NCBI GenBank assembly: GCA_951406725.2
Contig: OX597818.1
Span: forward strand, 18,042,001 to 18,106,000
DNA: 64,000 nucleotides
Reading direction: 5' to 3'
From: Octopus vulgaris
Lineage: Eukaryota
The translations under genes and the position numbers were made by a program. Shown piece after piece: positions 53,531-64,000 of this stretch; the stretch's first letter is position 1, and every line of letters begins with the position of its first letter. Below the pieces are notes generated by a model that had not been told where the DNA came from, made no database searches, and was given only the letters and a program-made list of their open reading frames with translations.

Positions 53531-56500
53531 AATATTGGTACCCTTTCAACCCTTCCATTGTCAAACCGACAAGATAATAAAACAATAAATAAAATATATG
53601 AACGTTGTATATACTATATAATAATAAATATATATGCAAAATAGATTGAAATTTCAGTTGTTTTTCTGGGTCATCACTCAAGGACAGATCTTTTATCTAT
53701 ATTAAATATATAACCCATTTTATTTCATATAGTTAACACGAAATAACAATAAGTAATAACACTCAATTACTCATACCTAGGGAAACAAGAAAACCACCCA
53801 CCTTTTTATTAATTTCCTTTTCAACTACTATAATTTAATATCTGCATCATGAAAAAACACTGGAAAAAATTCTATGAGCTGCTCTTTTAGTGCCCCAAGA
53901 ACATGCTTATGTTGTTTAGTGTTAATGTGGACTTGATCATAATCTTCATTCAATATATCTTACATTTATAAGGTGCCTCTGTTTTTGTTCAGTTCGTTTG
54001 CTTGATTATTTACTCAAATATCGGCCTTGGTATCTTAGAAAATAGTGAACTCGGGGTCAAAATCCAGTTAATCAATACTTAGTAAGCAAAGTGTAAGGCA
54101 AAAAATTTAAAAAATGCTTTTTATTCTCTCTATTTTACTAACTTTTCTATATAATATTACTCAAACATCAAATATCTTGACTTATATGCAGAGCAAGCTG
54201 GCTACATAAAACATGAAAAAATTTCATTTCTACCTTCAAATATTAACCACATATATACAGAAAAATTTCAGAGCATATCAATTATATCTCTACTTTGTTT
54301 ATGTGTCTGTACAAGCGTATGTACATGAGTGCTGTCTGTGTGCATGTATGTTTTGCTTTAAATTATCTCTAACTTGTAATAAAGTTCTGTGCTTTAGATT
54401 CAAGTGATATGAAGAACAAGAAAAAAAATATTTCATTTTTTCCCTTTAAGGAATGAAATCAGAAAATATATTAGAATTACTTGAACTTTATATTTTTAAT
54501 TTGATTTTTGTTACTCTCAGTAATGACACCTCTACAACTCAGACGCTTTAAACATTATTTATTCTTTGCAAAACATTCGGGGTTTTTTTTTATTATTTCT
54601 ACTTAAAAAAAAAAAAAAAATTAAAGACCACCCACAATCTTCTATAATTATTTATTTTCAGATAAATATTCATAATTATTTTTTCCTTTTAATAATTTTC
54701 TTCTTTTCTAAATGTCATTATTCAGTCAGTGGTTAATATCTAAATACTTACACCTCCATCAACACCACCAACACTACCACGAAAACACCATAGGCTATTT
54801 TTATTTAATGTTTCATTCAATATGCACATATGTAAAGATTCTACGATGCCATTGAGAGAGAGAGAAAGAAATTAATTATCTTGCTCAATGGTTTTCAGTG
54901 CCAAACCAAACAATTACAATTGACACAATCTTCACCACATTTTCACTCCTCCTTTCATACATTTCAAAACCTATCTGGTTGAAATATTGGTACTTTCTCA
55001 GTTTCACTTGCTTTTTGTACTTTCCTTTTTTTCTTACTATGAAAAATAAAAAATTATTTTTGCCATAACAGACAATGTCAATAATCTATGTCTGATCTAT
55101 ACATATGAATATATACATACTTACATACATGTGTGTGTGTGTGTTTACCTCTTCAGCGAGATACCTGCTCCTCTCCCTCTATCATAGTTTCTTATTCCTC
55201 CAGTCCATACCCTGCTCAGTTGAGTGGTCTTTTCTTGCAGGTGTTTGGTGACCTCACTGGTGCTGGAGCCACATAAAAAGCACCCAATATACTCTGTTAG
55301 GTGGTTTGTATTGGAAAGGGTATCCAGCAACAGAAACCAGTGGAGCCCTTTGACTCATTTGTTCTTGTCGAACCGTCCAACCCTCTCTCTCTTTTGCCGG
55401 GTAACCATGTATCTCCTCTATAGCAAGAGGCCTGTTTCTGCCTCTCTCTTTCTTTGTCTCACTCTAACCTTTCATCAGCTAACACAAGATCACCTCCTGT
55501 AATGCCCCCTTCCTCTATAGCAAGACACTTGTTTCTGCCTCTCTGTCACATTAATTTTCCCTCATCTGACACAAGATCCCCTCCTCCAATGCCCCCTCCC
55601 CTCTTAAAATTCTTTGTCTTGCAAATTACTTGGTGACCCTGCTGGTACTTGTGCCACATAAAAAACATCCAGTTCACACTGTTATGTGGTTGACATTTGG
55701 CAGGGCATTCAGATGTAAAAACCATGCCAAATCTGACCTTGCCAGTGCTGCCACCATGTAAAAAGCACTTATTCCACTCTGCAGAGTGGTTGGTGTTAGG
55801 AAGAGCATCCAGCCATAAAAACCCTGCCAGAACAGACACAGTAACCTAGAATAGTCTTCTACCTGGCCAGCCCCTGTCAAACTGGGCAACCCATGCCTAC
55901 ATAGAAGGCAGACATTAAGCGATGATGTTGATTAGATATATATAGACATACCCTTGTATTTCACAAGGAACACTTTCATTTAGACATAAACTAAAGGAAG
56001 TATATATATACTAAAATTCACGAAATCCTATATAACTAATTAAAAAATTAATTAGAGCTATAAGAAAATTGTCTGTGAAAGAAATTATGCAGAAAAGAAG
56101 AAGCCATCCAAAATATACCAAATATCCCAACACAAAGAATGCACCTGCGCAGGTATGCATGTGTTTCCTTCTTTCCTTGGGCTTTCAACTCTTGCTGTCA
56201 TAATATATAAAATATGCTGGGCATTTTAAAAACTTGTGGAGCCCATCCATCCCAAAATTTAAACATATCTGATTTCTTGAAGAAAGAAAGAAAGAGACAG
56301 ACAGAGACAAAGAGGTAGGAGAAGGAATTATAAGATAATATAATAATAGAAACTTCTAAAAGGACAGAATGGTCAAGACTGGAATATCTTAGATCAGTAA
56401 TGATCAATCAATGTTAATGAGGACCTAAATAACAATAATAGTAACAAAACTATGAATACTGAGGATGGTAGTCTAATTATCTGAGGTGCCTCTTAAGATT

Positions 56501-57197
56501 TCTAACACAGATACAAGCAGGTCTGTGAAGTCGAAACAAAATCTTTGACTCCATCTCCTCAACTATTGGCCACTCCGACTCCTCTTTATATAATCAAGTG
56601 ATTGTTGTTTACTTTTCCAACTCCAGCCACCCCTTGTTTCTGACTGACTCCAGCTACCCCTTGTTTCTGACTCCAACTCCACAACCCTGGATACAAGGCC
56701 ACATTTCATAAGGGAAGGGCATTTTCCTTTATTCAGTGGATCACAGTCAATGCCTAATAATCTATTTTATACGTGAAGGTGATTGTAAAGTTGTGAGCTC
56801 AATTCCCGAATCAAGTAGGGCATTGTGTCTTTGGGCACAGCACTTCATTTCTGAAAATGAGTTCTGTTAACTGCAGAGTGACATCTTGCAGATTATTACG
56901 CCCACAAATCTTGCAAAGATGTCAGTCATTGACATTTAACATCCATTTTGCATCCTGGCATGGGTTAGATAGTTTGACTGGAACTAGTAAGCCAGGCTCC
57001 AGTGTATTTTAGCTTCATTTCTAAGATTGGATGCCTTTCCTAATGCCAACCACTTCACAGAGTGGTACTGGGTGCCTTTTACATGTCAGTGACATGGATG
57101 ACAGCGTTATTTGATGCTTATAGCACATGGGAGAATTAATTCATTGATCTCAATAACTGACTAGTGCAGTTTGAACTCAGAATATAAGGCAAAACTA

Positions 57198-57718
57198 CCG
57201 TAAATCCTCGAGTATAGACCACCCTTAAGTATAATACGCAGGGGACTTTTAGGGGGTTGTACCTCTGAAAAACCTAAACCTTGTGTATAATACGTATCCC
57301 TTCTCTAACTTGAATCGTGCGTAATTAAGCCAACAGCACCTAGTCGAACAAACACTTCTGTGCATGCGTAATACAATAATGGTGATGTTCTTAACTGTTA
57401 TATGGGAATGTAAATATGTTCGCAAATTGTTTTTGTTACATGTTTATTCTGTGTTCTGAATACTTTTATTTTAATAAATGTTGCTTACAGCAATTATGGG
57501 TGATTCTTTTATGACTTCATTGCTTTCAGGTATTTTCGCACCTGACATCACAAAATGCATCTGAATAAACATTGCTGGACAGCAAATAGAGACTTGGACA
57601 TTGCTTAGAAAATATTTTTCTTTTTTAACGTCGTATACAGTATGCACTAAGGATTTTGACTGTTAAATTTTTTTTTTGTGGGGGGGGGGGATGCAGGATT
57701 ATACTCAAGGATTTACGG
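57198..57718. mobile_element. TA-flanked MITE, same family as 34261-34755 in opposite orientation
   Basis: TIRs CCGTAAATCCTCGAGTATA / TATACTCAAGGATTTACGG; TA flanks; internal homology. Confidence 0.85.
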
Positions 57719-58514
57719 TAGATATTATAAGGCATATGGCTTAATACTCCACTGTTTCTGTCAACAAACACAAGAAATAAGTGACAATAGCAAAGACATA
57801 TCAATGGAAACAACATCAACAAGCCACTAGGGACCTTTGACAAAGGAACTCCACCTGCTAGAAATAACAGTCAAATTTCCCTCAAACCATTCACATCTTT
57901 TTTGAACAAGGATATTGTATAATGTAGTCAGTTCTACATAACCCAGAAGAGTAGGGATGGTCATGGCTAGAATGCTTTTGGTCATGTCAGCTTGTTGAGA
58001 GCTCTCCTGTGACTAAACATCAGCATCACTACCACCAACACCACCACCACCAACATCACCCTCAACAACTACAAACAAAATAACATCTAATTGGCCAATG
58101 AAATTTAAAATATGTTATTCGGGATTTTTCCATGTAAATCTAGTTACATGTTTTAAAAATAAATACAAGACTGAATTGTAATTAACACTTTTCAAAATAA
58201 TCACGAAATTTAATTACATGGAAAAAAGAAATTATCTATGATAAGAACCTCTTTAATTAATTTACTTTGTTTAGTTTTCTGTTTTTCATTTCTTTATTAT
58301 TGTTTTGTATGGTCTCTTATTTATGTATTGAATAAACCCAAATGAAACACGAAACATTAGTCAATACAGACATATTGGTTCAAATAACACATTTTTAAAA
58401 AAAATTATATTATTGAAAGTAAGAAAGAAATAATTAATAAGATATATCTTTTCTTGATAAAATTTACATGGCTTGTAATTACATTCTAATTTAGTTGATA
58501 AAAATAACAGTGAT

Positions 58515-58578
<64 letters not shown>

Positions 58579-59755
58579 TTTTTTTTCTCGCAATGCTTAA
58601 GTATACAGACTGATGCAATGTTGCTTACACATTGCTATATTGTTGTTATATTATTAAATAATATAATATAATAAAAGAGTAATTTGGGATGTCAGCTGAG
58701 TTTGTGGATTCTAAGTGAGAGTAAAGAGGTTTGAATGTGAGTCTCAGGCTGTTATTGGTAAATGATAATTATAGGATTTTGGGAGTTTCTCAACAGGCAT
58801 AGCTGTATGGTATGAAGCTTGCTTCTCAATTACATGGTTCCAGGTTCAGTCCCACAGCATGCATGGCACCTTTGGCAAGTGTCTTCTACTATAGCTTTGA
58901 GCTAACAAAAGCCTTGTGAGTGGATTTGGTAGACAGAAACTGAAAGGAACCCATCACATATATATACATATATATACTCTGATTCCAACAAGCCATGAAA
59001 AGTTAAGAAACCAGTGCACTGAGATTGAAATAGAAAAAAGAACTACATGCACCATGATAGAAATTGTTAAAAAAAACTTTTTTCTTTCTCTCTTTTTTTT
59101 CTACTTTCTCCATTTTTTTAATAAAAAAATTTAATATGACTGGACTTTCAAAAATGTGCATTTGTTATGATCTTCATCGAACATTTACATTGATATTACT
59201 ATCGTTCCCTGTCAAACTCATTGAAATTTCAGTGAACATTTATTTGAACACTTGATGGTCTAAACATGTTTGTCCAATTATCACCTTGTAATTTTAAACT
59301 TTCCTATGCTCCCCCAGCCCTTTATATATGTATATATGTACCCGTGATAAGCAAAAAATTGTCGAAACTAGTTTGGTATGTGAATAAGTCTATTTAAAAA
59401 TGACTACACGTTTTTCAGATTGAGATGCATTTTCAAACCCGAAAACAAATTCTCCTATATGTGTGTTTGTGTGTGTTTTTGTGTCTGTGTTTGTCTCCCA
59501 CTACCGCCTGACACCTGCGTTGGTGTGTTTACATCCTTGTAATTTAGCGGTTCAGCAAAAGAGACAGAATAAGTAATAGGCTTTAAAAAAGAGGAAGAAA
59601 GTCCTGCGGTTGATTTGTTGACTGAAACCCTTCGAGATAGTGCCCCAGTATGGCCACAGTCAAATGACTGGAACAAGTAAAGTATAAAAGATACTAGTGA
59701 AGCAAGGAAACAGGATATCATAAAATATAAATATATATATGTTTATATTGTAAAT

Positions 59756-59878
59756 ACTGGGTTGAGAAACCCTTTTGGAAAGAAGTCAAAAGCTACCTAT
59801 ATATCTACAGTGATGTGGGCTTGTGCGCCACAGGTGGCTTTTGACTTTTTCCATCCAAAAGGTCTTTTACAACCAAGT
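59756..59878. repeat. imperfect foldback hairpin (~45-bp arms)
   Basis: GGTTG..CCTTTTGGA..AAGTCAAAAGCTACCT / AGGTGGCTTTTGACTT..TCCAAAAGG..CAACC. Confidence 0.7.
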
Positions 59879-61127
59879 TTTTACATGCTATTATTTATAG
59901 CTTTATATATGCTTTGAAATCTAGTTCCAAATATATACATACATATGTGCAAGCATAGCTGTGTGGGAAGAAGCTTGCTTCACCTCTTGTTCCAGGTTCA
60001 GTCCCACTGCATGGCACCTTGGGCAACTGTCTTCTACTATAGCCTTAGGCAGACCAAAGCTTTGTGAGTGGTTTTGGTAGCTGGAAACTGAAAGAAACCC
60101 GTACTATATATATATATATATATATATATGTTTGTATTTGTCCTCCCATCACTGCTTGAACTTAGTGGTTTGGCAAAAGAGACTGCTAGAATAAGTGCTA
60201 GGCTTAAAAAATAACTCCTGGGGTTGGTTGGTTTGACTAAAAACCCTTCACAGCAGTGCTCCAGCATGGCTGCAGTCAAATGACTGAAACAATTAAAAGA
60301 ATATAAGAAACAATGAATAAGCAAAACATAAACACACACATAGTGTGTGTGTATTTAAGTTTATATTTATGATCCCCTTCATTCACAAATGAGCATGGGA
60401 TTGCATCTAGATAGTTTTCTTCCAAGGTTTAAGTTTGGGCAAGGCAAAGGCCAATATAGCTTGGCATCAATGATATCACAACTCAATCCCACAGCTGAGT
60501 GAACTGGAGCAACATGAAATAAAGTGTCTTTCTCAAGAACACAACACACAGCCTGATTGTAAGCCTGATGTTCTAACCACTGAGCCATGTACCTATATAT
60601 ATACACACACACACAGTACAAAACAAAGTGGAAAAAGTAGTACTTGAATACTGAAGATAGAGTAATACACTTTTTATTTAAGCTGCAAAATTATTACAGA
60701 AATATTACTCAGAGTTTCAGGTTCCTATTCATCGGACAGTTGTGATAAAAACAACTTTCATCCAGTTCACTCAGCTGTGATGAAAGATTTCATCACAACA
60801 GTTCCACAAATAGGAATGCGAAACTCTGAGTAACAATTGTGTGATAATTTTGTACCTCATTTTCAACTACCTATTGCCTCAATACACTTGACTAATATAG
60901 GCAGAATGAGATGCTTTTATCTAAGGGCTGAAACAGCTGTAAGTTATTTTAATAATTTATATTCAGGTTTTTTAACAATTACTTGTATCCTTATTTTATA
61001 TGCATAGAATAATATGTTATATATATGTATGTTATTATAATTATCAGTACAATGAATAAATAAGTTAATATTTTTAATGTCCTAAAGTTGATGAACCAAC
61101 TATTGTGCTCCTCCATTTTCTTATTTG

Positions 61128-61201
<74 letters not shown>

Positions 61202-61249
61202 TAAGATCATAGACTCTGCAATACTATATGATAGGAGAGTGGATATCAG

Positions 61250-61450
61250 AGGAATGAGAAATATCAGGATCTAGGCAGAGAGATGAAGAACTTGTAGAAG
61301 ACAAAAGTAACATATCTTTTTCCAGAGGTAATCAGTGCATTTGAACATCCCAAACAGATACCTATGAGGTTGAAGAATACTGGAAGTGAGACATGCAGGA
61401 AAGTGCCGTCCTGTACTCTGCAAGAATCCTAAGAAAGTTTTTGGGAATTT
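61250..61450 (+). mobile_element. R4/Dong-type non-LTR retrotransposon 3' fragment
   Basis: EKYQDLGREMKNL*KTK ... MQESAVLYSARILRKFL. Confidence 0.7.
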
Positions 61451-61689
61451 GTGAAGACTTGTCACCAAACCTAAAGATAATATCCCTGCTAACTAAATTA
61501 AGATGTTCTAATAGATTTAGTGACCAAATGTATGTGCTGTACATTATCTCATTACTTCCATCAAATTGATGTTGCCTGAACATCTGAAAGGTGTACAACA
61601 CACCAGGAGTCAAAGTGATTGCAGTGCAGTGTGAGATGAAGTGTTTTGCTCAAGAACACATACCAGCCAGTTCAGGAATTGGAATTAAT

Positions 61690-62297
61690 AATGATTTTAA
61701 ATTTTGGTACAAGGCCACCAAGTTTGGGGAAGGGGGTAAGCCAATTATATCGACACTGGTGCTCAACTGGTACTTATTCTATTGACCCTGAAAATATGGA
61801 TGGCTAAGTCAACCTTGGTGGGATTTGAACTCAGATCACGAAGATGGATGAAATGCTGCTAAGCATTCTGCCCAGTGTGCTAACAATTCTGCCAGCTTGT
61901 CATCTTCATTGGTTTCAAATTTTAACTCAAGGCCAGCAATTTCAGGAGAGAGGCTAAGCCAATTACATTGACCCCAGTGTGTAACTGGTACTTATTTCAT
62001 TGACACCAACAGGATGAAAAGCCAAGTCGACCTCAGTAGAATTTGAACTCAGAATGTAAGGACCAATGAAAAGCTGCTAAACGTTTTGCCCGGCATGCTA
62101 AAGATTCTGCTAGCTCACCGCTTTAATAATAATAATAATAATAATAATCCTTTCTACTAAAGGTACAAGTCATGAAATTTTGGAGGAGGGGGCTAGTCAA
62201 TCACATCGACCCCAGTGTTTCACTGGTACTTAATTTATTGACCTCAAAAGGCAAAGCATTTCACCCAGCATGCTAACAGTTCTGTCAGCTTGCTGCC

Positions 62298-62377
<80 letters not shown>

Positions 62378-62575
62378 CCTTTCTACTATAGGCACAAGGT
62401 CTGACATTTTGGGGGAAGGGGTCTTACATCAATCACAGTGTTTGATTGACACTTCCTTTATCGACTTCAAAAATAAAATAATCCTTTCTAGAGCAGAATT
62501 TGAACTCAGAATATAAAGATGAATAAAATGTCACTAAGCATTTTGTCCAATGTACTAACAATTCTACCATCTTGG
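61690..62575 (-). mobile_element. four head-to-tail family A SINEs, partly separated by (AAT)n
   Basis: Repeated tail (CAAGGCC/CAAGTC) to head (CTGCCAGCT..CTT) units; (AAT)n at about 62123-62148 and 62299-62376. Confidence 0.8.
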
Positions 62576-62861
62576 TGCAGCAGCAGCAATAATAATAATA
62601 ATACTAATATGGTAATACCTCACTTTACAAGAACCCAGATTTACAAGGTTTTACTAGTTTTATTTTTTGTTTGAGTTTTTGCTTTATGAGCATTCTCTAG
62701 GGACAAATTAAGTCATATATTGAGGAATTACTGTAGTAGTAGTAGTAGTAGTTGTTGTTGTAGCGCAGGCACATATGCCGTCACTATGATATCCCACACC
62801 TTAAGAACTGGTATGAACGCCATGCAGAGCCAGTCGCTGAGAGAGAGAGAGAGAGAGAGAG

Positions 62862-63200
62862 AGAATGTTACCATTCTATGGGAGTATGGGATACATAGAC
62901 AGGCAAATAAATGCTAACAGACCAGACATTATCATCAAAGACCTAAGACAAAAAACATGCACATTAATTGATCTGACATTGCCTTCTGAAAGAAGCATCT
63001 CTGCAAAGGAATTAGAAAAACTTGAAATACAAGGACTTTGAGATTGAGATATCTAGTCTTGGCAATTAAAAACCAAAACCATCAACTACCCACGTTCTCA
63101 GGAAGTTTCTCTCCATCTAATACATACATGCCTTAGATTTCTGTTTGAGACCCAGTCAGGAGATGAAAGAAAATGCAAATCAATCGGATAATAATAATAA
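62862..63200 (+). mobile_element. R4/Dong-type LINE restriction-like endonuclease fragment with (TAA)n tail
   Basis: ENVTILWEYGIH/DRQINANRPDIIIKD..CTLIDLTLPSE..KELEKL/KYKDFEIEI, then HVLRKFLSI*, a 3'UTR and TAATAATAATAA. Confidence 0.85.
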
Positions 63201-64000
63201 TTGTTCCTAATATAGACACAAGGCTGAGGTGTAACATATTACTGTAATAGTATATATCTTCATAATATTCTATGCATATGCCAAACAATAGCCATGCTAT
63301 CTAACATGCTTATTGCTAATGTATTCAATAAATGTTCCTAAAAATACTTGCCTTATATCACATTTACAATAAATATTATTTTCAAAGATGTATCCTGCGG
63401 CAGATACAAACACATCATATAACCAATAAACAGATATTTTATACATATTTCCAATGACTGGTATTTGTTGTGTATGTATATCCTAATTTTAAAATGAATA
63501 CACCACTTTCCAATGTGTTGTAAGAGGTGATGAAAAGAGCTTCCAGATATACAACATTGTCTCAGGAAAACAATCTGACTCGGTGCTAGCATGGAAAAAC
63601 TGGATATGAAGAAAAAAAATGCTACTGGTGACAAATTTCCACTGACAGGTATGTCACACTATATTAGCAATAAGCAAATATTCTACAGGTATTGTTACTA
63701 AGTGGTTTGATATATAACAGCATATGTTATTTCACATCTATTCTACAAATTTCCAAGTACTATTATCAACGTTGATGATGATGATAGTAGTAGTAGTAGT
63801 AGTCCAAAAGGAAAATGGTTCTGCAATTTCTTGCTGAACAACTTAAATTAATGATTTGTTTTTAATGATGAAATGTTTCTGCTGTACATTATTTCACTCC
63901 CTCCACCAAATTGATGTTACCTGAACAGCTGTAAGGTGCACTACACATCAGGTGTCAAAATGATCACAGAACAGTGTGAAATGAAATGTTTGGCTCAAGA

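Overview
AT-rich eukaryotic (animal) DNA. The repeat families and dense (TA)n/(CA)n/(CAT)n/(AAT)n microsatellites are consistent with an octopus (coleoid cephalopod) intron or intergenic region; the species call is from pattern recognition only. No intact protein-coding gene is visible, and most track ORFs are microsatellite or SINE read-throughs. The window is a transposon graveyard. It holds a full-length decayed piggyBac with a nested hAT MITE, a full-length decayed mariner, a Tigger/pogo remnant, two or three Helitrons (one with a PIF1 fragment), RTE and R4/Dong-type LINE fragments, many SINEs of at least four families, and TTAA-, TA- and 8-bp-TSD MITEs. The most notable signal is a set of short non-coding elements next to (TA)n tracts that carry type-I hammerhead ribozyme motifs with palindromic stem III (Penelope/retrozyme style). 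Two have complete cores (8863-8939 and 24364-24451, minus strand) and several are decayed or sit in inverted arrangements. Also notable: a 17 x 31 bp minisatellite built from a SINE tail plus its TSD, a mosaic of near-identical local duplications, and a few candidate host exons.
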